NCBI RefSeq assembly: GCF_009914755.1 | Contig: NC_060925.1 | Direction: 5' to 3' (one strand) | Origin: the human T2T-CHM13v2.0 reference genome, Homo sapiens | DNA length: 64,000 nt | Shown: positions 40,251-53,512 of the stretch, one piece after another | How the letters are laid out: the number at the start of each line of letters is the position of its first letter | Position numbering within the stretch: position 1 is the stretch's first letter | Made by a program: the position numbers and the translations under genes | Notes under the pieces: model-generated | What the model was told of the DNA's origin: nothing | What the model saw: the letters and a program-made list of their open reading frames with translations, nothing else | Database searches by the model: none

Positions 40251-40504
40251 AGTCCTCTCCTTGTCAACTTGGCACCCATAGATATCTCCTTAAGTGATAC
40301 TTATTCTCCAAATAAACACAATAACAAGGCCCATAATTCTGCCTAACATGACACTACTACCCTGTATATCCAAAAATACACTAAACTATTCTTCAGAAGA
40401 GGAGGTAAAGTCCTTGAATGATGTTTACTCTTCTTCTTGATATCCCATAACTTAACTACTATAGTGTAAAATTAATACTTAAACACTATGAAATAAAGTC
40501 AATA

Positions 40505-40750
40505 GGCAATATATGTATATACATATTATATATATACATTGTATACATTATATATACACATATTATATATAAATTTTATATTACATATGATATGTATGAT
40601 ATATAAATTACATAAATATATAATATGATATATATAAATTATATAAATATATAACATAATATAATATATTATATATAAACATAATATTGTATATACTCTG
40701 TGGCCTAGTCAAGTTGATATATTGTATTTATATATATACATTTGTATATG
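40505..40750. repeat. Degenerate AT-rich / (TA)n low-complexity region with an MLT2-like fragment
   Basis: Degenerate tatata runs; tgtggcctagtcaagttga matches the MLT2 end at 42256. Confidence 0.8.
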
Positions 40751-41259
40751 GAGAGAGAGATGTATTTTAAGGCATTGGTGTACATGATAAGGAAATAAGA
40801 GAACAAAGAAAACAAACACAGTTGAAACATACACAGGTGTATCCATAACAAACTAAGGAGAAAATGCTTGAGGGTGATTACAGTCCTTGTGATATATATA
40901 GCTACCCTCTTCCCCTGCCTTGTCTTTTTTGCCTTCAGTAAGCACCTCAGTTAATCATGGTTCTTTATCAGGTTGGGTGACCCAAACTTTCATTCCTGAA
41001 GGGTATGGGCCATTAGTAGTCCTGCCTAGATTAGGGTATTGTAGTTTTCCATAGAACTTAATCACAGGACATAGTACTAATAAGAGACACCCTAAGGGAT
41101 CTCTTGTATCCCAGACATACTTTTTCTTTGCTCGATTGTGGAATAGTACTCCAATTTCCCCCTGTTATTCAGGATCAATCACCCTAGCCAGCACAGTAAC
41201 TCCCTTATTTACCTGTTGATTCAGAGGCACGAGGAGCCCAGAGTGGCTGGGTGACAGTC

Positions 41260-41445
41260 TTTTTTTTTTTTTTAACAGTCAAAAAACCTTTACTAAGCGG
41301 CCATCATGTGCCAGGAATAGAAGAATAAGTAAAATTTTCTAAAGTTACTAGTACTTTAAAGTACTCCAAATTTACAAGTACTTCACACATGTTATATAAA
41401 ACAAATTAATTCTTTACTGGTGTGTATTTCAGTTGATGATTCTTT
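41260..41445 (-). pseudogene. Short L1-mediated retrocopy or orphan transduction (source unknown)
   Basis: T14 head; AGTAAA on minus strand 15 nt upstream of the poly(A); 14-bp TSD tgggtgacagtctt / tgggtggcagtctt; TCTT|AA endonuclease-type site. Confidence 0.8.
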
Positions 41446-41649
41446 TGGGTGGCAGTCTTAACTACCAGTTCAATCAGATAATTGTGTGGGTGGAAGCCTC
41501 TCTCCCTCTGGATCCAAGAGCTCTAGGCCAGAATAGCATAAGGTCAGGAGAACAGGAAGCAAAAATTTTGCTTATGGGTCACTAGGAGTAATAGTGAGTG
41601 GTGCCATTCTCATTTCCACCCTTGATTCCTGAAACCTGGAATTCTGGCT

Positions 41650-42293
<644 letters not shown>

Positions 42294-43604
42294 GACCTCA
42301 AATTGGGTTCAAACTTGGCGCTGAAGTAGAGGAATGATTAAGTATAATTTCACATCTCTCATTTAGATTTTCCATTGGCCCAATCCTTATTAAGTCATGA
42401 CTGAACTCGCCTTTCTAGAGGTCCTATGAAACAATGAGTGATAAATAAGTAAAGAAAACAAACAAACAAATAGCTGTAGGATACAGTGTGAGCAGCAACT
42501 CCTGCCGTGAAAGGAGATCATAAGAGTGCCTACAACAATTATAGAGGGCAGAAACTTCAATGCAAAATTCAGCACCCTCAGTAGTCAGTATCCTTGTCAC
42601 AGAGAAGAGTGGGCAGAGGCAGAAGTGGAGGCACTTTTTTAGACAGTAGCAGAATGCATGCTTGTGTGATCATCATCAAACACCCAATTTGAGAAATGTT
42701 CTTGATTAAACACAGTGTGGGGTCAGCTCACCAAGAACATGACATACTGAAACCATCACCTTTCTATCTCCATCAGCCCCTCCCTTGACCTAAGGAGAAC
42801 AGTATCTGAAAGGACAGCTATACCATTTTTTCTGCTAGTGGTAGCATTATTAAATGAGAGAAACGCCATAGACTGGTATATCAGGATTTTGGCTAGGAAT
42901 TGGTTGATTATCAAGATTATCTCTGTACAACATGGGGGAAATATACCTTTGTGATTTTAAAGTGTTTGAATTATTTACTTAACGTTAAAGTCCTCTAGTG
43001 TCATAACTATTGCCCCAGTGGACTGAGGAGGCTCATGGGAAAGAGCCTACCCCAAGGGAAGAGGGTCAGGTTGTACAAATCTGTTTTAATGACAGGAGAG
43101 CAGAATCGAAGTATGCATGATTTCTAAAAGATGTTTTTCAAATGAGAAGGTGGCCCACAGTAGAAAATAATAGACAATTTGATAGTCAAATTAGATATAA
43201 AAAGTTCCCATAGGCTATAACATTGGGATGAATCTAACTAACATGATGAATGAGGTGGGAAGAAAAGAGTGTTTTTTTAAAAATGTATAGGATGAGATAG
43301 TAGGATTTATATGATACATTTAAAATACAGTGAGCTGCACAAACATTTTTGTTATATTCTTAACATTAAATTGAACTCATTTCTCAAATAAAATCATATC
43401 CAGTTGCCTTTCAAATTCTTGGGAAACTAGTATTTACTGGTACAATAATGGGAATGGATACAGTTTTTGAGTTCTCTACACATAGAAATCAGTTGTTTTA
43501 TGATGAGTGACAGTGAAGAGGACACATACTACTAGTTGGGAATTATTAGGCTATTGAATGTGAAATTACCTTAACTATCTCTGACATCTTAAGCTTATTT
43601 CACA

Positions 43605-46110
43605 GACATTTGCCTTAGACAAATTTCCAGATGTTTAGGGATTTTTCAGATAATGTTCTGATGTTGGTTTCTATTTTAATTAGGTTGTGATCAGAGAAGA
43701 TATTCTGAGAGATTTCAGTGTGTTTAAATGTTTTGAGACTTGCTTTATGGCCAAGCATATTGTCTGTTATGATGAACGCTTCATGTGCACTTGAAAACTA
43801 TGTGTATTCTGCATTATTGAGTATAATGTTCTACAAATGACAATTAGGTCAAATTGGTTGATAGTGTTGTTCAAGACCTCTATATCCTTATTGATTTTCT
43901 GTCTACTTGTTTTATCAGTTATTTAGAGAAAAGGTCATGAAATTTCCAGCTATAATTGTGGATATGTTTATTTATCTCTTTAGATGTCAGTATTTGCTAC
44001 ATGAATTTTGAAGCCCTGTTATTAGGTACATATGCATTAAGACTATTACATCATATTAATGAGTTGGTGGACCATTTATAACTATGAAATGCCACTTATT
44101 TCTGGTCATATTCTTATCTTAAAGTCTACTCTTTTTGATAATAATATAGCTATTCCAGCTTCCTTACTTTTACTCTGTTTTGATAATACAGCTACTCCTG
44201 TTTGCTTACAATTACTCTAAGTCTGTGTCTTTATACTTATATGAGTTTCTTGTAGACAATATAGTGTCTTGCTTTATTATCCAGTCTGACTTTCTCTGCC
44301 TTTCAATTGGAGTTTTTAGACCATTTTCATTTTATGTAAGTATTGGCATGATTTGATTTAAGTCTACCATCTTGCTATTTATTTTCCATTTGCCTAATTT
44401 GTTCTGTATTCCTTTTACCTCTATTTTGAAGAAAAGTTACAAAACATTCTTTATTTGTTTTTATGTAAGTGATGTGTCTTCCCCCACCCCCCTTCCCAGC
44501 TGCTTTTAAGGTTGTTTTTAATTACTGATTTTTAGCAGTTTGATTATGATGTGCCTCGGTGTGACTTTTTGTTCGTTTGGTTTTTTTTTTTTTATCTTGC
44601 TGTTTTTTTTAGCTTCCAAAAAAGGATATGGGATTTTATGAAATTGATTTAAAAATGTAACCATTATTTTTCAAATGAGTTTTCTGACCATCCCCTTTCT
44701 TTTTCTGGGACTTCAGTTAAATGTATATTAGCATACTTAGTATTGTCTCATGTTACTGTGATTTTGATTATTTTTTCAACCTTTTTTCTTTGTGCTTCAG
44801 TTTGGATGAGTTCCATTACTATGTCTCCAAGTTCACTGTTCATTGTTATGTCTTCAAGTTCTTTTGCAGTGTCTACTCTGCTATTAATACCATCCACTGA
44901 TTCAAACAATTTTTTAGATATTGCATTTTTAAATTTTAGAGTTTTTAAATGTTTCATTTTTCTGTATATTTTGATCATGATTTATTCTGAAACCTTGGTT
45001 GTATTTCTAACAGCTGTCTTAAGGTCCTTATCAGTCAACTTTATCAGTTTTTACACTTCTGTGTCTGTTTATATTGACTGTTTTTTCCCTCTATAGGTCA
45101 ATTTTTTATGCTTCTTCATATATATTATAATTTTTCATTAGATGCTGAATCTGTGGACATAACATTGTTTTGTTGTCATTTTTTCTCTTTTTCTTTTTTG
45201 AGACAGAGTCTCATTCTGTCACCCAGGCTAGAATGCAGTGACGTGATCTCAGCTGACTGCAAACTCTGCCTCCTAGGTTCACACCATTCTCCTGCCTTGG
45301 CCTCCTGAGTAGCTGGGACTACAGGTGCCCACCACCACACCCGGCTAATTTTTTGTATTATTTAGTAGAGAGGGGGTTTCACCATGTTAGCCAGGATGGT
45401 CTCGATCTCCTGACCTCATGATCCACCCACCTCGGCCTCCCAAAGTGCTGGGATTACAGGCGTGAGCCACCGTGCCTGGCTGTCATCTTTTAAAGATAGT
45501 TGAACTTGGTTTAGGCAGGTTATAAAGTTTCTTGCAGATTAGTTTGATTATGTTGAGGCTTAATTTGAAGGATTTTAAAAGGCAGCCAAAATTAACCTTT
45601 ATTCTAGGCCTAGTTTATGTTTAGTACAGAGGTATCATGCTTCTGGGGTTCTTACTGAATTCCCCAGATATTAAACAAGATTTCTTTACTCTGGCTGTTT
45701 AGAAGGAGTCACAGCCCTGTGTGAGCTCTGGGAATTGTTCACCTTACAGCTTTATGGTAATCGTTCTTTCTATGACAGTTATTCTCTGCCTCATTCTATT
45801 ACTTTACCTTGAAAATTACGTGTGCTTCAGTCTCCCAAAGCCCGATTTCTGTCGACTTGTTTCAGAGTCCGGTGTTTTGTTTGGGCTCCCCCTCTTCCTC
45901 CATAATGATCCAGAAAATTCCTGCAGGCAGAAAGTTGGGACAGTTGTAGGACTTATTTTATTTGTTCTCTTATATCAAGGATCACACTTCTGGGCTGCCT
46001 CCTGTTCAACATGAGAAAAGAGTTGTTTACATAGATTGTGCAGTTTTCTAGTTATAAGCCAGAGGAAAACAAGTTTAGTGCTATAGTACTATACACTCCA
46101 TTATGGGTGT
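43605..46110 (-). mobile_element. Old L1M (L1MD/ME-like): ORF2 start, ORF1 and 5' region
   Basis: Antisense ORF2 endonuclease-region phrases (ttgattttctgtctac, ccagctataattgtgga, gccctgttattaggtacata) and ORF1 remnant (minus ORF 44748-44978, ..DGINSRVDTAKE..EAQRKK). Confidence 0.8.
45180..45480 (-). mobile_element. AluY-like SINE
   Basis: ggttcacaccattctcc, gttagccaggatggtctcgatctcc; TSD tgtcattttt / tgtcatcttt. Confidence 0.95.
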
Positions 46111-46586
46111 TAGCAAAGTTTATAGTGGAAGTTTTAATCTCTTGCCTTGAAGTAAATTTTTTAATTTTAACATTCCTCCAAAATATTTTATATTTCATAA
46201 AATAATACATGGAACTTTTGGTTTTCAGTCCAGCATATAAGAAGCTGGAAGTTGCCACTCTGTCCTGACAAGTAAAAAACTGAACAAACTGAAGGGTCAA
46301 CAATTATTCTTAGATACATCAGTGGGTTGTGGTCACAGGGCAAACCACTGCTCCTAAATTGGAGAGCCCAACATTCAAATTCAGAGAATTGTGGCTTGCT
46401 AGAACAGAAATCCATAAGCACAAACTTCCGCTGAAATCAGTGCCAAGGTGGAGAAACCTGAACTATAAGTGATAAATTGCTGGAGGCTTAGCATGGACAA
46501 GTCTGACAGATAAAAAATTCCAGGGGTACCCAGTCATCAGAGTCTCCTCGCACTTTTGTAAGTTTGACCTCCAGGAGCTCAATCAG

Positions 46587-48878
46587 TGTATTAGTCCATT
46601 TTCACACTGCTGATAAAGACATACCCGAGACTGGGAAGTTTACAAAAGAAAGAGGTTTATTGGACTCACAGTTCCATGTGGCTGGGGAGGCCTCACAATC
46701 ATGGCAGAAGGTGAAAGTCACATCTCACATGGCAGCAGACAAGAGAAGAGAGCGTGTGCATGGAAACTCTCCTTCTTAAAACCAACAGATTTCATGAGAC
46801 TTATTCACTATCATGAGATAGTGAATGGGAAAGGCCTTCAGTATGGGAAAGGCCTGCCCCCATGATTCAATTACCTGCCACCAGGTCCCTCCCACAAAAC
46901 ATGGGAATTATGGGAGCTACAATTCAAGATGAGATTTGGGTGAGGACACAGCCAAACCATATCATTCTGCTCCTGGCCCCTCCCAAATCTCATGTCCTCA
47001 CATTTAAAAACCAATCATGCCTTCCCAACCATCCCTCAAAGTCTTAATTCATTTCAGCATTAACTCAAAAGCCCACAGTCCAAAGTCTCATCTGAGACAA
47101 GGCAAGTCCTTCCTGCCTATGAGCCTGTAAAATCAAAACCAAGTTAGTTACTTCTTAGATACAATGGGGGTACAGGCATAGAGTAAATACAGCCATTACA
47201 AATGGGTGGAATTAGCAAAAACAAAGTGCTATGGCCCCATGCAAGTCTAAAATCCAGCAGGGCAGTCAAATCTTAAAGCTCCAAAATGATATTAACTCTG
47301 TGTCTCCCATCCAGGTCACATTGATGCAAGAGGTGGGTTCCTATGGTCTTGGGCAGCTCTGACCCTGTGGTTTTTCAGGGTATAGCCTCCTTTCCAGCTG
47401 CTTCCATGGGTTAGCATTGAGTGTCTGCAGCTTTTCTAGGTGCACGGTGTAAGCTGTTGGTGGATCTACCAACCTGGGGCCTGGAGGGTGGTGGCCCTCT
47501 TCTCACAGCTCCACTAGGTAGTGTCCCAGTAGGGACTCTGTGTGGGAGAACCTACCCCAAATTTCCCTTCCGCACTGCCTTAGCAGAGGTTATTCATGAG
47601 GGCCCTGCCCCAGCAGCAAACTTCTTCCTGGACATCCAGGAGTTTCCATACATCCTCTGAAATCTAGGCAGAGCTTCCCAAACCCCAATTCTTGACTCTA
47701 TGCACTCACAGGCTCAACACCACATGGAAGCTTCCAAGGCTTGGGGCTTACACCCTCTGAAGCCATGGCCTGAGCTCTATGTTGGCCCCTTTTAGCCATG
47801 GCTGGAGCAGCTGAGATGCAGGGCATCAAGTCCCTAGGCTGCACACAGAATGGGGACCCTGGGCCTGGCACACAAAACCATTTTTTCCTTCTAGACCTCC
47901 AGGCCTGTAATGAGAGGGGTGCCATGAAGACCTCTGACATGCCCTGGAGACATTTTCCCCATTGTCTTGGGGATTAACATTTGGCTTCTCATTACTTATG
48001 CAAATTTCTTCAGTTGGTTTTAATTTCTTCTTGGAAAATTGAATTTTCTTTTCTATCTCATTGTCAGGCTGCAAATTTTCCAAACTTATATGCTCTGTTT
48101 CCATTTTAAAACTGAATGCCTTTAACAGCACCCAAGTCACTCCTAGAATGCTTTGCTGCTTAGAAATGTCTTCCACCAGATACCCTAAATCATCTCTCTC
48201 CAGTTCAAAGTTCCACAAATCTCTAGGGCAGGGGCAAAAAATACTGCCAGTCTCTTTGCTAAAACATAACAAGAGTCACCTTTGCTCCAGTTCCCAACAA
48301 GTTCCTCATTTCCACCTGAGACCACCTCAGCCTGGACCTTATTGTCCATATTGCTATTAGCATTTTTGTCAAAGCCATTCAACAAGCCTCTAGGAAGTTC
48401 CAAACTTTCCCACATTTTCCTGTCTTCTTTTGAGCCCTCCAAACTCTTCCAACCTCTGTCTGTTACCCAGTTCCAAAGTTGCTTCCACATTTTTGTGTAT
48501 CTTCAGCAGTGCCATGCTCTCAGTAACAATTTACTATATTTGCCCATTTTCACACAGCTGATAAAGACATACTTGAAACTGGGCAATTTACAAAAGAAAT
48601 AAGTTTATTGGACTCACAGTTCCATGTGGCTGGGGAGGCCTCACAATCATGATAGAAAGTGAAAGGCAGATCTCACATGACCACAGACAAGAGAAGAGAG
48701 CTTATGCAGGGAAACTCCCCGTTTTTAAACCATCAGATCTGGTGAGACTTATTCACTGACATGAGAATATCATGGGAGAAGCCTGCCACCATGATTCAAT
48801 CACCTCTCACCAGGTCACTCCCACAACACATGGGAATTCAACATGAGATTTGGGTGGGGACACAACCAAACCATATCA
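46587..48878 (-). mobile_element. Complete THE1 (THE1A/B) MaLR provirus: LTR 46587-46964, internal 46965-48534, LTR 48535-48878
   Basis: Two THE1 LTRs ending ccaaaccatatca, ~1.57 kb internal region with MaLR ORF remnants (GWKSLEGSKEDRKMWESLELPR); 5-bp TSD atcag/accag. Confidence 0.95.
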
Positions 48879-50315
48879 ACCAGGTTCTTACTGTAAATAA
48901 AGAAAAATCTCCTTGTGCTTCTGGCAAGGACCAGGGAAATATAAATCATTTAAAAATATGCCAGAGCATTCTGTTCTCCTTAACAAGGCCTGTCCTCAGG
49001 AGAAACTAACCTTCTGGAGTTTTGTCAGAGCCTAACTGCCCTAGAATGAGGAAAATACCCAAGTCCAGCACCCTCTAGCTATCCTGTTCCACCAAAGCAG
49101 GGGTGGGAGGACACTGAGAAGCACATATGATGTTCACAGTCCAGAGGTACAGGCTCACTGGAAGACTGGGACCTCCTCACAGGACTAGAGAATGCTTCCC
49201 TTCCCTCCACAGCCTAGCATCACATTACTAAAAGCCTATTTACTGCAATCCCTTTATTCTAATATATCATGTCCAGCTATCAATAAAAAATTACAAAAAA
49301 CACTAAAAGGGAAAAACAGAGATTGAAGAGAAAGCTTCAGAATGAGATGTAGATATGGCAAGAATGTTGGAATTATCTGACTGAGAATGTAAAACAACTA
49401 TGATTAAGATGCTAAGGGTTGTAATGAATAAAGTAGACAGCATGCAAGAACCGATGGACAATGTAAGTGGAGAGATAGAATTTCTAAGAAAGAACCAAAA
49501 AATAAGTTCTAGCAATAAAACAAAACTGTAACAAAAATGAATTTCTCTAATGGAATTATTGGTAGACTAGATATGGCTGAGGACAGAATCTCAGAGCTTG
49601 AGAGTATCTCAATTGAAACCAACAAAATTGGAAATCAAAGAAAAAAAGACTGATAAAATAAAGCAGAATATCCAATAACTGTGGGACAACTAACAAAGGT
49701 GTAACATGTGTGTAAGGGGAATACCAGAAGCAGATGAGACAAAGAAAATATTTAGAATATGTTAATATAAAATAAATATTTGAAAGAGTAATGACATAAT
49801 TTCCTCAAATTAATGTCAGACACCAAACCACATATTGAGGAAGTTCAGAGAATGCTGAGCAGGAGAAATGTCAAAAATATTACACTTGGCCATATTATTT
49901 TCAAACTATAGACAATTAAAAATAAGGAAAAGATCTTGGAAGAAGTCAGAGAGGAAAAAACACCTTACCTATTGAGGAGCAAAGATAATAATTCCAACCT
50001 CCCCTCAGAAATTATGCTAGCAAGATGAGAGTGGAGTACAATATTTAAAGTGTTGAGAGAAGAAACCACCAACATAAAGTTCTGTACCTTGTGAAACTAT
50101 CCTTCAAAAGTGACAAATAAATAAAGACTTTCTCAGACAAACAAAAACTGAAGGGATTTGTTGCTAGTAGACCTGCCTTGAAAGAAATGTTAAAAGAAAT
50201 TATTTAATAAAAAGGAAAATGATAAAGATCAGAAACTCAGGTCTACATAAAATAAGGAAAAGTATCTGAGAAGGAATAAGGGAAGGTAAAATAAAGGTAT
50301 ATATTTTTTATTCTT

Positions 50316-50746
50316 TTTTTATTATTATTATACTTTAAGTTTTAGGGTACATGTGCACAATGTGCAGGTTTGTTACATATGTATACATGTGCCATGTTGG
50401 TGTGCTGCACCCATTAACTTGTCATTTACATTAGGTGTATCTCCTAATGCTATCCCTCCCACCTCTCCCCACCCCACAACAGGCCCTGGTGTGTGATGTT
50501 CCCCTTCCTGTGTCCATGTGTTCTCATTGTTCAATTCCCACCTATGAGTGGGAACATGCGGTGTTTGGTTTTTTGTCCTTGTGATAGTTTGCTGAGAATG
50601 ACTGTCCTGCACCCACTGTCCGACAATCCCCAGTGAGATGAACCTGGTACCTCAGTTGGAAATGCAGAAATCATCCATCTTCTGCGTCACTCACGCTGGG
50701 AGCTGTAGACTGGAGCTGTTCCTATTCGGCCATCTTGGAACCACCC
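50316..50746 (-). mobile_element. Internally deleted L1PA (about L1PA4-5): first ~145 nt of 5'UTR fused to 3' end
   Basis: 50602-50746 is the reverse complement of GGGTGGTTCCAAGATGGCCGAATAGGAACAGCTCC...; 50316-50601 is the L1PA 3' end and tail; perfect 15-bp TSD atattttttattctt (50301, 50747). Confidence 0.92.
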
Positions 50747-51581
50747 ATATTTTTTATTCTTAATGCAACAGATTGAACAGCTTTTTCAAAAAATAATAGT
50801 AGCAATGTATTAGATTATATGTGTGTGTATATATATGTCTACGTATAAGCAAGATAAATTATAGCAATGATAATATAAATGTGATGGGAGAATTATTTAT
50901 TTATTATGAGGTACTTGCATTACTTGTGAAGTGTTATAGCATTATTTGAAACTAAATTTGGATTAGTTGTAAATGTACATTGCAAACTCCAGGGTAAGCA
51001 CTAAAAAAAAGATGAAAAATAGTTTAATATGGTAACAAAAGAGAGGAAATGGAATAATAAAATGCTCAATTAAACCCACAAAAGGCAGAAAAAAGTAGAA
51101 GACAAAAAGAAGAACAATGAACAAGGGCAACAAATAAAAAACAGTAATGGATACAGTAGATATTAACCCAACTATATCAATCCAACTATATACAGTAGAT
51201 ATTAAACCAACTATATTATTTATATCAAGAAATAAACAATCTGAATAGACCATTGATGGTCAGTGGTCTAAATGCACCAATTAGAAGATACTTAGTGTTC
51301 CAGTGCATCATGAAACAAGATCCAACTATATATTGTATACCAGAAGCCCACTTTAAATATAAAGACACATATAAATTAAATGTAAATGAATGGAGAAATA
51401 CATACTGTGTTAAGACGAATCAAAAGAAAGCAGAAGTAGCTATATTAATTTCAGGCAGAGCAGAGTTTAAACCACTGAAGGTTATCAGGGAAAAAGAGGA
51501 GCATTATATGATAATAAAGTGTCAGTTCCACAAGAAGACATAACAATTCTTAATGAATGTTTATGTGCTTAACAACAGAAT

Positions 51582-51857
51582 GTTGAAATACATGAGGCAA
51601 AAAACTGATAGAACTACAAGGAGAAATAGACAAATCCACTATTATGGTTGGAGACTTTGACACTCTTCTTTCAGATATAGACAGATTCAGCAGGCAGAAA
51701 ATCAGTAAGGACATAGTTGAAATATATGAGGCAAAAAAAAGCGATAGAACTACAAGGAGAAATAGACAAATCCACTATTATGATTGGAGACTTCGACACT
51801 CCTCTCTCAGATATAGACAGATTCAGCAGGCAGAAAATCAGTAAGGACATAGTTGAA
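51582..51857. repeat. ~135-bp tandem duplication inside L1MC ORF2
   Basis: Two near-identical units bounded by gttgaa at 51582, 51716 and 51852. Confidence 0.95.
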
Positions 51858-53096
51858 CTGAACAGCATCATCAATCAACTAGGTATAACTGACATGTGTA
51901 GAGTACGTTATAGTACTTTTCTTCTCAAGCTCACATGAAATGTTTATCAAGATCGAGCACATGCTGAACTGTAAAATACACCTTAACAAATAAAATATGA
52001 TTGAAAATTATACAAAATACCTTGTTAGAGCAGAGTGGAACTAAACTAAAAATAAATAATAGAAAAACCCAAAAAGCCTCAAAATGCTTGAAGATCAAAC
52101 AACCTACTTCTAAATAACACATGGCTCAAAGAAGGAATCTTCAGAGACATTAAAAATACTTTGAACTAAAGAAAAATAGAAACAAAACTTATCAAAATTT
52201 GGGAAATGCAATAAAAAGGAGTGCAATTTTGCAATTAAATACATATATTAGAAAAGAAGAAATAACTAAAATCAATTACTTCTGCCTTAGGAGGCCAGAA
52301 AAAGAAGAGCAAACTAAATCCAAAGTGAGGAGAAGCAAAGAAATAATAACAATTAGAGCAGAAATCAATAAAATTGAAAACATGAAATCAATAGAGAAAA
52401 TTCTTGAAGCCAAAAGATGGTTTTATGAAAAAAAAAATCAGTAAAATTGATGAGTCTTTCATGAGCTAACTAAAAAAAATAAAAAGAGAGAGAACACAGG
52501 TTATTCCATCAGAAACAAAAGTGGGGACATCACTACGAATCCCATAGATGTTAAAAGGATGATAAAGGAATACTATGAACAATTCTATGTGCATACATTT
52601 GTTAACCTAGATGAAATAGACCCTTCCTTGAAAGACACCATCTGCCAAAACTCACACAAGAAGAAATAAACAATCTGAATAGGCCTACATCTATTGAAGA
52701 AATTGAATGAACAATTAATAACCTTCCAAAACAGAAAGCACCAGGCCCAGATGTGTTCTCTGGTGAATTCTACCAAAAAAATTAAGTAAGAAAGTTCACT
52801 AATTCTGCACCTTCTCTTTCAGAAGACAGATGCAGATGGAATACTTCCTAACTCATTCTATGAGGCCAGCATGTCCCTAATACCAAAGCCAGACAAAGAC
52901 AGCACAAGGAAAGAAAACTACAGGCCAGTACCTCTCATGAGTATAGATGCAAAAACATCAATAAAATAATAGCAAATTGAATTCAGCAATGTATAGAAAG
53001 AACTGTAAACCACAACCAAGTGAGATTTATCTTCAGTATGCAGGCCTGGTTCAATGTTCAAAAATCAATTAATGTAACCCATTACATCAAAAGAAT

Positions 53097-53512
53097 TGAT
53101 ATAGTTTGGATGTTTGTCCCCTCCAAATATCATGTTGAAATGTGATCCTCAATGTGGAAGGTGGGGCCTGGTAGGTGGTGTTTAGGTCATGGGGGCAGTC
53201 ATGAGGGCAGATCTCTCATGAATGGGTTGGTGCCCTCCCCATGATAATGAGTAAGTTCTCACTCCATTAATTCACATAAGAGCTGGTTAAAAAAGCCTGG
53301 CATATTTCTTGCTGCCTGTCTCACCATGTGACATGACTGCTCCCCCTTCACCTTCTGCCATGACTGTAAGCTTCCTGAGGCCTTCACCAGGAGCAGATGC
53401 CAGCACTATGCTTCTTGTACAGTCAGAACTGTGAGCCAAAATAAACCTCTTTTCTTTATAAATTACCCAGCCTCAGGTATTCCTTTATAGCAACACAAAA
53501 TGAACTAATACA
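53097..53512 (+). mobile_element. MSTB-like MaLR solo LTR
   Basis: tgatatagtttggatgtttgtcccctccaaa...taagcttcctgaggcc..aataaacctcttttctttataaattacccagcctcagg..ctaataca. Confidence 0.9.

Larger units (their letters stand above)
40251..41645 (-). mobile_element. HERVL/ERVL internal 3' remnant with nested inserts
   Basis: ccttgtcaacttggcacccata...ggatcaatcaccc..tgttgattcagaggca..gagccc..gtggc..gcagtcttaact (dUTPase-like region of ERVL, antisense). Confidence 0.75.

Noticed and set aside
47421-48602. Cluster of 80-148 aa ORFs
   Set aside because: Fragments and antisense frames of the decayed THE1 internal ORF, not a host gene.
50316-50746. Twin-priming 5' inversion as the explanation for the mini-L1
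   Set aside because: Both segments are on the same (minus) strand.
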